In this document: positions 23,911 to 36,499 of the stretch, piece after piece
Position numbering within the stretch: position 1 is the stretch's first letter
How the letters are laid out: every line of letters begins with the position of its first letter
Assembly (NCBI GenBank): GCA_013239625.1
Contig: MU054391.1
Coordinates: forward strand, 1,889,130 to 1,953,129
Source of the DNA: Lama guanicoe
Taxonomy: Eukaryota
Length of the DNA: 64,000 nucleotides
Direction: 5' to 3'
Translations under genes and position numbers: made by a program
The notes under the pieces: generated by a model
Told to the model about the DNA's origin: nothing
Seen by the model: the letters and a program-made list of their open reading frames with translations, nothing else
Database searches by the model: none

Positions 23911-24989
23911 CACCGGCTAGTGCTGATGCTGCCAGGGGCTTGATGCCCTCCTGTCCCTGGGTCCTCTTTCCAGGGAGGGTAAGTCCTGGCCAGCCTGTCA
24001 CAGTGCTTGGACCTCAGGCTCCACAGAGAACTGCGCGCATCCTCATAGCTGCCGTCCTCACCACTGAGGTCAGCACACTCGGACCACTCACTGCGGCCAG
24101 TGCTGTTCATATGCGGGAGGCGGCTCTGGCCCCAGTCCAGAAATCGTGGAGAAGACAGGCGGGTCAGGGATCTGTTAGAAAGTGTGGCTTTTAATGCTCA
24201 GTGCATCCCTGGGGCTGGTCTGAAATGCTGGATTCGGTCCCACTGACCCGAGGATGAAGCAGGGACCCCCTTGTGGCTCAGCAGCTCCCGCTGCCTTGGC
24301 TGAACTCAGGACAGCCAGGCGGACACCTGTAGTGATGGGGAGCCACAGAAGGTAGTGACCAGACGGAGGAGCTGGCTGGGTCATTGTTTCGGCTTCTGTT
24401 TGAAGGAGAATAAAGGTCAGGCAAGAAATAGAAACTTGGACCAAGAGCTGAGTCTGGGAGTGCCCAGGGCTGGCAGATCCCCCCGAGACACGTGGGCCAC
24501 CTCACTGTGGGACTGGGGGCTCAGCCACAGGTCCAGTCGCCAGCCTTGTGACCCCCATGCTCTGCACCCCAGGGAGGAGGCCTGGCTGGGGCCATCGCTG
24601 AGCTCAGGACATTGGCATCTGTCCTCATCCCCTTTCCTGGAGCCTGGAGCCTCGTGGCAGGGCTGAGCGTGCAGGGTCGGGCCAGGGCGGTGGTTTGACA
24701 GCAACCTTTAGACCGATGAGGCAGAGGACGTCCAAGTCCTTACGGCATTTGGGACTTGATTACATTTGCCAATTTCACTTTGGGTCAAAATCCATTTTTC
24801 ACTCTAATTTTCCTCTTATGCACATTATCATAAATGAAGGGGAAAAAGACCGCCTTGTCAAGATGATTGAGTGACTGAATGATTGAATCGTCTATAACAT
24901 GGGAGCCATTTCCCGAGAGCGTCCACCCAGAGACCAGACTGAGGGCAGAACACTTCAGCCCCAGCCTCGGAAGCGTGGAGATGCCTGCC

Positions 24990-25144
24990 TTCAGAATTAC
25001 AGCATTGGGAGCACTTTCGCCGATCTGTGTGTCTTATTAATTTAAACAATTTCCTGAGTAACTCAAGACTGATGACAGTTTCTTGCAAGTCTGTTACCCT
25101 CTGATGAACGTCTGTTCTGTGCGAGATCGGGAGGCAGAGAATCC
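24990..25144 (-). pseudogene. Fossil exon (ILCLPISHRTDVHQRVTDLQETVISLELLRKLFKLIRHTDRRK)
   Basis: ttttgtgtag| acceptor; open frame with an amphipathic-helix-like pattern; donor uncertain. Confidence 0.5.
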
Positions 25145-26079
25145 CTACACAAAACTGACGCCATCAAAGTTATTCCACAAATGCTCAACATGGAGGCAAT
25201 TGAGAAGATGATGCAAATAATTATTAATGTACATATTACTTTGAGTTCTACTTTCTCTGTTTTGTAAAACTTAAAAATGTGGTTTTCTCTGGGCAGGTAT
25301 GCAGAAGGTCAGATATTTGAATAGCTGGTTGCTTACTATTGAGCATTTGGGCATGCAGTGTTCACTTGCATTCTTAATAAAATGATGAATCATTTAGTCA
25401 CGTCATGTGCATATCAGCATTTAACTGATACAGAGCAACTGAATTTTCTTTTGATGAGTGTCAACTGATAAAAATAACCACATTCACAACCCTAATTTTG
25501 GAAGCTGCCAGGTGATCATTAAAATCTATTCTGGTAGCGTGAAACCTTTTGGACACCTTCCCCCAGCCTCCCCGTGTTTGGCTTCAGGGGAATAATTAAA
25601 AACTCACAGCTTAATTTCAGCATATGTAGCCCTGAACTTGTTCCTCACCGTGGTTCCCTCTTACCTCTGTCGTCAATGTGAACTCCTCCTCACTCAGGTC
25701 TGCACATCCTGCCCTTTTATTTCATCTCAAAACTACAGAATGCAGGCTGCGGGAGGACCCTTACGCCTCACCTGCACCAGCCCCTGTGAGAGCATACACA
25801 CCACAGCCCCAGCTCCAGGCTTTACCCCAGGTGGGAACGCTGATGGGGTGGGGGAGGCGGGGGTCAGGTGCTCAGGCGGGCCCGCCTTCCCAGCCGTGCC
25901 CTGGACTAGGTCTGCAGAGCACACGTTTTAAAAACCACTGCTTTAGACACACTACCTGAAGCCCAAAGAGAGGAAGCAAGTGTTGTTTATGTATTACACG
26001 GGAGAGTGTGTTTAATTTTAATGAAGCGGTTCACCACAGATTTGTTCAACTTGGTGGAGCTGGAGAAGGTAAGTGGTAA

Positions 26080-28175
26080 GGTTCTTTTTACTGAAATGTA
26101 GTTGATGCACAACATTATGTGAGTTTCAGGTGTACTACGTAGCAATGTGACGTTTGCACACGTTGTGAAAGGACCACCATGGTAGGTCTAGTAACCTTCT
26201 GCCTCCTGCGAAGTTGCTACGGTGCTATTGGCCATCTTCCTCATGCTGCAAGTTACACCCCTTGGCTTAGTTATTGCATAACTGGAGGTTTGTACCTCTT
26301 AATCTCTTACTCCTGTTTCACCCACCCCAGTCCCCTCTCTTCTGGAAATCGCTTTTACTTCCTTCTTTATTTATGAGTCTGTTCTCATTTTGTTTTGTTT
26401 GTTTGTTAGATTCCTCACATACGTGAGATCATGAGGTATTTGTCTTTCGGACTTACTTCACTCGGCATAACACCCTCTGGGTCCATCATATGGTTGCCGC
26501 TGGCAAGATTTCATTTGCTATGGCTGAGTAATACTCTGTTGTATTTATGCCCCACATCTTCTTTATCCATTCATTTCTCAACGGACACTCAGGTTGCTTC
26601 CATATTTTGGCCGTTGTAAGTCAGGCACATTGGTGTGCATATATCTTCCTGAACCAGTGTTTTCATTTTCTTGGGGTAAACACCTGGAAGTGCAAGTCTG
26701 TTGGCACAGTGTGTCCTTTGATGTGAGCGGGATGTTGGAGTCCCCCGCTATTACTGTGCTACTGCCAGCATCTCCGTTTCTGCGCGTTCATACTTGCTTT
26801 ATGTGTTTAGGTGCATATTTATTTACAAGTGTTGTATTTTCTTCTTGGATTGACCCCTTCAGAATTATGTGGTCTCCTCCTTTGTCTCCTGTTACAGTCT
26901 TTGTTTAAGGTCTATTTTGTTTGATCAGAGTATCCTTGCTCCAGCTTTCTTTTTGCTTCCATTTGCATGGAATCCCTTCTCCATCCCTTCCTTTTCGGTC
27001 TGTGTGTGTTTCAGTCAGAAGTGAGTTTCCTGTCGGCAGCATAACATGCGTCCTCTTTTCGTGTCCATCCAGCTGCTCTGCGTCTTCTGATTGGAGCATT
27101 CAGTCCATTTACATTCAAGGTGAATGACTGATACGTAGGTACTCATCGCCACTGTGTTAAATGCTCCTGGTTTCTGTGGTTCTTCTTCCCCTTTCTTCTT
27201 CTTTTGCTCTGTTCCCTTGTGATTTGATGACTGTCTTTAGCGTTACGATTACATTCCTGCCTCCTTTTTTGTATCTATTATATATTTTTGGTTACCGTGA
27301 GTTTCACATATAGCTACCATCGATCGATCTATCATTATATGAAATAATCACATATATGATTATTTTAAGTTGTTGGTGTCTTCAGTTCGAATGCAGCCAA
27401 TGACCCTGCATTTTCACCCCTCCCGGGTTTGATGTTCTGACGTCGTATTTTTCATCTTTTTGTTTGTGCGTCCCTTAACTAGGGATCGTGGATATCGACG
27501 GCTTTAACCTTCCCACTGGCTTTGTGAGAGGTTGATCTGCTACCTTCTCTGTCGTTTGCCTTTCCCAGTGAGATTTCCCCTTTGTAGTTTTCATACTTTC
27601 AGTGTGGCCCTTTCTTTCCCAAGAGGAGAAGTCCCTTTCACGTGCCTCGTCAAGCTGGCTTAGTGGCGCTCAGCACTCGGAGCTTCTGCTTGTCTGCAAG
27701 ACTCCTTACCTCTCCTTTTAATCTGAATGACAGCCTTGCGGGCAGAGTGTTCTCGTTGTAGATGGTTCCCTTTCAACACTTTGCATGTATCGCGCCGCCC
27801 GCTTCTGGCCTGCAGAGCTCCCTCTGCAAAGTCAGCTGAGAAATTATGGGAGTCTGCGTGTAAGGAGCTAGTTGCTTTTTTCTTGCTGCTTTTAAGATCC
27901 CCTCTTTAACTTTAATTTTTACCATTTTAATTATAACGTGTCTTGCTGTGAACCTCCTTGGCTTCATCTTGGTTGAGTCTCTCTCTGCTTCCCGGACCTG
28001 GTTGAATGTTTCCTTTCCCAGGTTAGGAAAGTTCTCACCCGTTATTTCTTCAGATGAGGTATCTGCCCCTCTCTCTCCTCCTCGTGGGGCCCCCGTCATG
28101 TGACTGTTAGTACACTTGCTGCTGTCACAGAGGTCTCTTAAACTATGTTCATTTTTTTACAAGTTATGTATTTTT
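26080..28175 (-). mobile_element. L1 with ORF1 and ORF2 endonuclease remnants joined directly to a 3' end
   Basis: ORF 27773-28099 ENFPNLGKE..QVREAER...PRRFTARHVIIKMVKIKVKEGILKAARKK matches L1 ORF1p; 26700-27120 is endonuclease-region sequence; 26080-26695 is L1 3' end. Confidence 0.9.
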
Positions 28176-28639
28176 TCTGTTCAGCTTGGTTGTAGAGTTC
28201 TTAAGAGAAAGATAGTATCTTCTATTTTTGTATCTCCAGCATTTTGTTAAAGTGCTACCCCGTAATGGGCATTTGATGAAATGGAAGAGGGAGGGAAGGA
28301 GGGAGGGAGTGGGTGAAGGAAGTCTTAGGACCATGAACAAGCTCACAAAGAGTCAGTGTAGACGGACTGAGTGCAGAAGGTTCAGAGGGACAAAGAGCAT
28401 CGATTTGGAGATGGAAGCTCGTAAATATTTGGGAAGCGAAGGGGTGATTTCTGTCCTTATAAATGAATGACGCGGGACCCACAGAAGGGGCCAAGGAATC
28501 GCAGCCCTGCCCAAGGGGTACGCGAAAAGCCTTCCTAATGTAAGCCCCTTGGACCGCAAGGTGAGAAGGTGTGTCTCGGCAAGCACACAGGCGTTTGCAG
28601 ACACGCGCCCCTCGCATTTGTAGCTGATTAATTCCTGAC

Positions 28640-28948
28640 CTGTTCAGGCTGAGGACTCTGTTTTGAGATGAGCAGATATCTCCTCGGGGATTCAGGAGGG
28701 GCCTCAAGGAAAGCAGGGTGACCAGGAGAGGTAAGGCCGTGGGCCGGACCCAGAGGCTCCTCCACTCCTAAATGGAGGTTCTTGAGAAAGGATTTTAGGA
28801 AGCTATGAAACTCCTTGCCTTGCATTTTTTCAAACCTCTGCTGCTCTTTCTTCCAAAACGAAGAAACGAAACCCGGGGTACGCAGTTGGCTTTGTCTGTT
28901 GAGTGTGGATAAGAGTGCCAGCTGCCGTCTCTGATGAGATCCTGTCAC
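28640..28948 (-). pseudogene. Exon with fully open frame, 309 nt (VTGSHQRRQLALL...FWKKEQQRFEKMQGKEFHSFLKSFLKNLHLG...SPQPEQ)
   Basis: gccttcag| acceptor, cag|gtcagg donor, phase 0/0; upstream donor gag|gttagg at 29036/29035 is also phase 0 (87-nt intron). Confidence 0.6.
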
Positions 28949-29035
28949 CTGAAGGCTGGACAACCTGGAGCCAAGGACCCCAGCCCGTCAGCGAAGTCCT
29001 CAGGAGGCCCTTAGAACGGAGATTCCGGCCCTAAC

Positions 29036-30059
29036 CTCCGGAATTCTGCTGAGCTGGGGCCTGCGGGTCTCGTGTTTAAGCCGCTCTGCAGTTACTCTAT
29101 GACTAGCCCGGCTTGGGGACGGCTCTGCTGAATATTCTGTATTTCTCACCGTTCCGCCCATCTGCCATCCTGCGCTGTGGTTCGTCAGCACACCGGGGGC
29201 TGGAATGGCGTTAGCAGCTCAAGTGCCCCGGGATGTCACGGGGTCCTCGGGGGCTGCCGGCCTCAGCAGACGCCCCGCGGCCAATGAGCGCGCTCCTCAG
29301 GAAACTGCTCGGAAACGCCTCCGTCCGCCTGCGCCTGGAACGGCCCCCGTCCCCGCTGCGGGGAGACCGCGATTTGCCAAAGCCCTTTGCTTCGTAAGCA
29401 GCAGGCGGTGCAGCCGGGCGCCCCCGGCCCGCCCAGACTCAGGGGGCGTTAGTTCCCCCGCTACCGCCGTCCCGGACACCAGGCGGCCCGCGCCCGCTAC
29501 CAGGAGCTGCATCCCACACGGCGCGACCCGCCCCAGACAGATCCCAGGCAAACGGTGGTGTTTCCGCCTGTGGCTCATTGACTCAGGCCCCGTAGCCGTT
29601 CACCTGGAGTCGGGCGCACGTAGGCTGGACCGGAGCTCAGGCGTTACGGCGTCCGATCCCTTGTTTTCGGTGGGGAAACAGCCCAGCGAGAGGAGGGGGC
29701 CCCAGCAGAGAGGGCAGAGCCCCCCCGCCCTCCCCCCAAAAAAACCGCCGCCTGGCCGCGCGCCCGGGGAGCAGGACAGTGCCGGGGGTCTTAGCGTGGG
29801 CAGCTCTGAGAAGAGGCGCCTGCCCGCCGGGCCGTGGAAGTGTGGCGGCTGAGCGCATCCACACCGTGGCAGCCTCGGACGGGGCTCTCCCCGACCTCAG
29901 AGCAGCTGCCGTGAGCCCTGGCGTGTCCACCCGCAGCGTCTTCCCCGCCCAGGAGGCGTTTTGACGCTTTCATCCCATTTGTTATCCTTCTGGTCCAGAG
30001 CATCTTTCAGAAGAAGTGCAGTTCGTCCCACTTGTTCGAGGGACGCCAGCTCCGGTGAA
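29036..30059 (-). pseudogene. Large CpG-rich fossil exon (SPELASLEQVGRTALLLKDALDQKDNKWDESVK ... RVTAERLKHETRRPQLSRIPE)
   Basis: ctcctgctcag| acceptor, gag|gttagg donor; interior is frameshifted. Confidence 0.45.
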
Positions 30060-30307
30060 CTGAGCAGGAGCGGGAAGCAGACCTGTCCCGGCCCCTCCCT
30101 GCCCAGCCCACTTTTCTTTGAGGTCGCTAAGGGGAGTTCACGGGGCTCCCGGCTGCGGGGTCAGCGCCAGCTGGTCTCAGATGCGGGGGGGGGGGGGNNN
30201 NNNNNNNNNNNNNNNNNNNNNNNNNNNNNNNNNNNNNNNNGGGGGGGGGGGGGGGAAGCAGCGCCTCCTGCCTCCTACTGAAGGCTTAAGCCTCACGGGT
30301 GCAGGGA

Positions 30308-30424
30308 GGGAGGGGACGGCTCAGCGGTGGAGCGCGTGCCTAGCATGCACGAGGTCCTGGGTTCCATCCCCAGTGCCTCTGTTTAAAAAATAAAACTAAT
30401 TACCTCCTCCCACCCTCCCCAAAA
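30308..30424 (+). mobile_element. Vic-1-type tRNA-derived SINE (camelid)
   Basis: gggagggga.ggctcagcggtggagcgcgtgcctagcatgcacgaggtcctgggttccatccccagtgcctc (A and B boxes), then aaaataaaactaattacctcctccc. Confidence 0.8.
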
Positions 30425-30739
30425 CGATAAGAAATTTTATAAAAAATCTCACAGGTGCAGAGAAAGGGGACGAGGCACCCACAGGCTCTGAGGGCTCTAT
30501 TTAATCTTCATGACAGCCTTAGTATCTTTGGCCATTTCAGTAGACGAGGTGAGCAGAGCTTTATGAACGTAAGTGAAATGCTGGTTAAAGCATCTGCTTC
30601 GGAATCAGCCAGCCAGAGGGTGGCACGGCTGATCTGCACCCTCCCCATGGTTTACTGAACACTCAGTGCCATCGCCTGTCAAACGGTGTCATGCAGAGTA
30701 TTAAGGGGGACAATGCATGCAGATCGGCGGTAGCCACTC

Positions 30740-31540
30740 ATCTTGGCCTCTGCATATTGAAAACGTCTTTTTACGTTTCCTACATTAAAAATAGCTTTGC
30801 GCGGTACAGAATTTTATGTTGACGTTATTTCCCCTTAGTCCATGGAAGATTTTAGGTATCTGTTTTTCTGCTGATGACATTCTCTGCTAATAATCCGATT
30901 GTCATTGTTTAGAAGGAAGCCTGTTATCTCTGGCAGGTTTCTTGGTTTTCTCATCCTTAATTTTCTGAGGTTTCACTTGGGTATATCTTGATATAAATTT
31001 ATTTCATTTTATAATGCTCAATATCTGATGGTTTTTCAATCTGAAGATTCTCATCTTCCATTCTGAAAAAAAGCATTTGCTTTTGTCTTTTCAAATACGC
31101 TTCTTGCAAATTCTATTCTATTTCTTCTTTTGGAACTTCTTATTAGGTGAGGTCTGGAACCCCTTAAACTTTCATCCATGACACTTCGTTGTGCTTTCAT
31201 ATTTTCAAACCTGCATTTGGGTGAATTGCTCAGAAGTAGCTGTAATTTTACTGGTTACTTCTCTGGTGTGTCCAGCCTAGACTTTACGCTGCTTTCAGAC
31301 ATTTTTATTTCAATGAATGTATGTTTCATTCTCAGTATTCCCAGTGGGTTCTTTTCCATATCTCCTTGGTTTTATCTCAGTTGTTTCTTAATTTCTTACT
31401 CTCCGTTTATGACTGCCACACCCTCCTTTACTGCTTTAGGATCAAACACACTTATTTTACATTCTCTTCTGCTCCATTTGCATTTTGTTTGCGACACTCA
31501 AAGCCCACGTGTTGATGCTTGAGTCTGTCTTTCTTAGTGT
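30740..31540 (-). mobile_element. Ancient L1 ORF1-region fragment
   Basis: T-rich sequence with degenerate L1 5'-half motifs. Confidence 0.5.
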
Positions 31541-32119
31541 TCTTTTGCTTTTTTGTCTTGAGTTTTAGTTTTCTCCTCTCTCTTTCCCCATATTGGTCTG
31601 TGCTTCCCCCTCCCTAGATATTGCATGGTCCTTTCCAGCCAGACGGCAGAACTGAAGTAACACGTGAAGTGCTAGCTTCAGATTCCTGTTCAAAGCAATT
31701 GCTGAGTGAGTGGGTTGCTTGGCTCAGGACCTCATGCCTCAGCTAAATACCTATTTCCTTTCCCATCTCAGGTTTGAATTATCATATAAATCACAGCCAT
31801 GGGCAGTTTTTGCAGCCTTTTCTCTTTTTGTTTCAAGAGTGAAGCAGCCCTGCCCCAGGAGCTGAAGCACCCAGCTGGCCTTTCACTTGTGTCAGGCAGT
31901 GTTGGTACCTGTTTGGCACCTGCCTTTTCACGTGCCTGGACCTAGAGCCCCACAGATTAATGATTTAACTCTTTTCATCACTCAGTGTCTTCTTCCTTCA
32001 TTTTTAAACTGTGGGCGTGTTTCTCTTAGTGTTGCATATTGGTAAATCTTAATAATAAAAAAATTTGCCCTGGAGAAGAGTCATTTTAAAGATTGAACTC
32101 AGTGGCATCTTGAAAACAA

Positions 32120-32367
32120 GTACAAGTGTATTTTTATGTATTTTTTCAGGAGTCATGTCACACTGCTGGCTCTTGCCAAATTTACAGTTGGAAGAAACCC
32201 CTAGATCGTTCACAAATTAAATGCTGTCAACACCCAATTTCTTCTAATCCTGCAAGTTGCAAGTTGTCCAGTTACTTTGGAACTAAATGTGCTGTTACGT
32301 TTGTCCTTGTTCCAGCTTCATATTGCATTTGGAAATGCAGTGATTTTTGTAGCAGACGTTTCAAGCT
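32120..32367 (-). pseudogene. Fossil exon (SLKRLLQKSLHFQMQYEAG...*LDNLQLAGLEEIGC*)
   Basis: ggttctcag| acceptor; in-frame stops; donor uncertain. Confidence 0.4.
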
Positions 32368-33296
32368 CTGAGAACCGTAAACTCTGGGCTTCATGGGGCT
32401 TGCTCACGACATGGACCAGGGCAGGGCTGAGACCGAGCCCTGTTTCGGTTCCCTAGACGCTGCTTCCTAGCTCAACAGCAGTGTGCAGACCAGTCTGTCT
32501 GCACGTGTCTTTAAAGTGGACTATGAACTTCACTGTGAAGTTTGCTAAACAAGTGTGAATCGTGGAGGTAGACAGTGTATTTGCTGTAAGAATGTGAATT
32601 TCAAACTTGATAGTGCAACTGATTAAGTATTTGGCCTTAAACAAGTTGCACAATTTCCCTCGGCTTTCTATTTTCTCATCTAGCAAATGAAACTTGTAAA
32701 ACAGAGGCCCATGAGGTCCCAGTAGGGAAGCAGGCAAAGCCCCTGGCACACAGCAGTGGTGAAGGAACAGTCCTCCCGTCCCGCCCCTCCCTTAAGCAGC
32801 CCCCCCCCCCGCATTGCTTCATCTTCTCTCTGTGCCCTCACACTAGCACTAGCACAGGAGCAGAACACGGATGTGTGGCTGGAGCACGGTGGAGTGGTGG
32901 GAACTGGGTCGGGGAAGGGAAGCTGGTGTCCAAGATGGGAAGGCCTCTCAGGCCAGGCTAAGGAGTTAAAACTATCCTTGAAACTGCCCATGAGGGACCA
33001 GCAGACATTTTTCAAAAGGGAGTGATGGAGAGTGTGATCAAATTAGTGCCAGTGTGGGTTTGAGGAGAAGGTGTGAGAACATGATGACCTCTGGGAAAAA
33101 GTGCATGAGGGCTGAATTAAGCCAGGGTCAGCAGGGATGGAAAGGAGGGTGGAGAGTGGACTCAGGACGTAATTTCCTGGGTCAGAATCCACAAGGCTTG
33201 GTGACCAAGCGAGCACGTGGGGGTAGGAGGGTGAGCAACAAAGGAATCGAGGATGACCTCGAAGCTTCTTGCTTGGGAAACTTGGTGATGGCTAAG

Positions 33297-34085
33297 ACGA
33301 GGGTTGTCCAGTGTGGTCCTTGTATCAGTGGTAACAGGGTCACTGTGTGAACCAGGCAGGTAGCTAGGTAAGGGGAGAGAAGGGGGCCACAGGCCAAATG
33401 GAAGAAGACTGTGCAACTTGTGAATAACAGGAATCCCCAGGCACACAGTAAAAGGCAGGAACCTCTGGAGTGATAAGAAACCACTCACTATGGGGTAACA
33501 AGGATCCTGGAGGATGACAAAGAAAGTGGGGAAAGGCAGGAATCTCCAGCATCCAAATGTAACCTTTTGCTCATTATGTCCTCATTTCAGTAAAATCAGC
33601 CTTGCAGATTAGAAGTTCCCATCATGCACCGAGGCCATGACACTGTCAATCCAGACTAAATAAGGACAAAAATCCCTCCTCCCCTTGGGAAGGTGGAGCT
33701 GGGGTGGAAATCAGGGAATACGACCCCAAACTGCTCCCTCCCAATGAATATTCTGCCCATTCATTGTCACACCCTGTGTAACCAGCCTGCCAAAGACACT
33801 CAGGGCAGCTGCTCACCTGAGTCTGCCTGCTCTCCCCCGAGAGCATCCTATCACTTAAATGAGTCCTTGCTTTACCTCCTTGCCCTCTGTGTCTTGTCTC
33901 TGAATTCTTCCTGCCATGATGCTGAGAACCTCATCTCTGTCAACAACTGAGCACCTGCTAGAAGAATCAACCCTCTGGTCCACCCCAGCGCTACCTCACC
34001 AGACACTCTGGGGATGGGACTCAGCAATCTGTTTTAACAAGTGCTCAGGGTGATTCTGAGGCAAGCAAAAGTCTAAGAGCCACTG
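33297..34085. mobile_element. MER5A-type hAT MITE split by an LTR insertion
   Basis: gtgtggtcc... / ...cagcaatctgttttaacaag..ggtgattctgaggca..aaagtctaagagccactg. Confidence 0.75.
33346..33945 (+). mobile_element. ERV solo LTR (ERV1-like, 4-bp TSD ACTG)
   Basis: TG...CA ends; actg at 33342-33345 and 33946-33949; related copy at 50224-50828. Confidence 0.85.
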
Positions 34086-34129
34086 AGATGGGTAATGCAG
34101 GTGGAAAGGCAGGGAAGCGAGAAAACAAT

Positions 34130-36217
34130 AATAATGTGTTTGATTGTGTATTTTGGGCTTTGAGAAAGCTGTGAAGCCTCCAGACCATGCTTGGCATGCA
34201 GTTTCTGCAAGACTGGTGAGTAAAGAAAATATTACATTTGTAGACAGAAATTTGCTAGACCCAAGTGTTCACGCATTAAGGATTGGTTTGTTTTTCTAGG
34301 ATTTCTAATAATTTTATTTTCTCAACTGAAATAATGTGGAACAATCAGTTAAAGACATAATTCTGATGCATTGAAAAGTTTCTTACCTTGTACTTTAATT
34401 AGAAAAGATATTAAAAGAAGAAAAAATAAAATTTTTATTTCTTTAAGCACAATTAAAGTGTTTGATTCAAATCATATTTGAATATCCATCCTGGAAAAAA
34501 AATATGTGAAACTGAACTTTAAAAACCACTTCTTGAGCAAACGGGATATTTCTTCCTGACATTTCGGAAGGATATTTACACCCTGATGCCATCACACACT
34601 GTAATTATGTAATTGCACATTCTAATTACATGATCACACATGTTATGCTTATTACATAATTAGACTTAATGATAGCAATTGTGCAAGTACATAGTATCAG
34701 AATCAAAACGAATGAATCAAAAGCTAGAGTGTACACGGGGATTATAACTTTGTAATATAAAACCCTCAAAAATTTTAAAGCAGCTAATGGTCACTTCAAA
34801 TGACTTAACAGGTACGAATGGAAATCTCCTCTTCTGTTTGTTGGTTATGTTAACCTCTAAAATTCAGTTGGAGTTGGATAAAAACTCATGGAAATTGCAA
34901 AATCTGGAAGGAGACTGAAAAAGAGAAAGATGGAGAAAGAGGAGCAACTGTAGGAGTCAGCAGGATTTCAGACAGAGCAGAAGTAGTTCCATTTTTATCC
35001 TTATTCATATTTCGTCTTCTGTTCTGACAGCCATCAAGATTTTAATCATATCTGAATTCCTGGGCTTTTGTCGCTTAACTGCCAACTTTAAGACTGGGTG
35101 AATGGGGCATTCACTGCAATTACTATTCTCTTCAACTTCCTCAGGATGCAAATCTTTAGATAGTATCTCAGGACATCGGAATGTTTATTTTCAATAGTTC
35201 CAACTGATCTCCATCATGGGAAAATGAAAGTCTGCGCATTGTTGTCCTTTAATGTGGGGACGTGATCACTTTTGCTTATTTTTCAAGTCGAGGGTCTTGG
35301 CGGAGGGAAGACTCCACGGGCCCTGCGTCCTCCGCCCGCAGGCTGGGATCCGCCTGCCAGGAGGCGTCTGCCTCCAGGGGGCTTGCCAGCTGCCAGCTGC
35401 CAGCTACAGAGCACAGAGATGGAAACATCACTTTAAAAAATGCAATTTTAATTGCATGTTCTCCTGAAGATGCACCCAAATGGCTGGTTTAATTTCCCCA
35501 GGGAGCCTATTTCCGCCCTGCATGGAACATGGAGCCTGTCTCCGCGCTGACAGCGCGCGTGGATTTATTTTCTCTCCTTTGCGTGTGCGGCAGTAACCCT
35601 GCGCTAGCAGCTACCTCCTGAACAAGAGAACAGACGCCTCCGATGTTTGATCCTCTGCTCATTAGGCTCCCAGAACACGTCACACCTTCCGCCTCAGCCC
35701 CTCGTTCGTCCTGAGCGGGTGGCAGCTCCTGGGGCGCGCGGGCTGGGGCGGGGCAGCGTCCCCTCTGCAGCCAGGTCATCACGCCGCCGCGGCTCCCGGC
35801 GCCCCGGCCTGATCTCAGTGTCTTCCGACTCCTGACCGGCATCCTTGGCCTCTGTGGCGTCCAGGGAGGCCGAGCCCGCGTTTTCGGTGCCCCACAGAGG
35901 GAGCAGAAGCGCACACCCTCAGCATCCCTTCCCCGAGTGAGGGACAGCCCCGGGTCACAGGCCGCCTTGTGATAAACGGCGTACTTGCTAGAAACGGAGC
36001 GTCGGGCTGCACGTTTTTCTCCCCCCAGAATGTGGACGCCGCTGCTTCCTGTGCGTCGGGCAATTCTGTGCCTGGGAGCTCTCGTCCTTACGATTCCGAG
36101 GATCAGGACGCACCAGCCCTGGAGCTGGCATGCGCCTCGGGGATTTCCTGACCACATAGATGTCACACCTCCATGCACTCACTGTTTCTTCCTGTAACTC
36201 AGAGCGATTCAACCCTC
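34130..36217 (-). pseudogene. Cluster of fossil exons: ~1.4 kb exon starting at 36217, small exon ~34520-34598 (GVNILPKCQEEISRLLKKWFL), exon starting at 34325 (EKIKLLEILEKQTNP*)
   Basis: Acceptors ttttttttacaag|, attacag| and tatttcag|; translations protein-like but disrupted. Confidence 0.45.
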
Positions 36218-36499
36218 CTTGTAAAAAAAATTGCTGAAATAGGATGTTGTGAAATGTCAGTGGACTATAGGACCCACTTTTCATTATTTAGAGTTTTTGC
36301 TGCATGTGAATTAGAAAATTTTAGAGGAGCAGAACCTTAGAGAACATGCGTTACAGAGGCTACGTGTTAGACAAGCGGGGCCACGTCCCAGAGCTGACTG
36401 AGTGATTGTCCCAGGGAGGAAGAGCTATAACCCATGTCTTCCGAAGTCTGATTCTGTTCTGTCTCCATAATCCACCAGCCTGTCTCCCTCGAATCACAT

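Noticed and set aside
23264..24194. Long His/Pro and Trp/Gly ORFs
   Set aside because: Translations of the (GGAT)n array running through an N gap
30308..30380. tRNA gene
   Set aside because: The tRNA-like head continues into a SINE tail, with no proper acceptor stem
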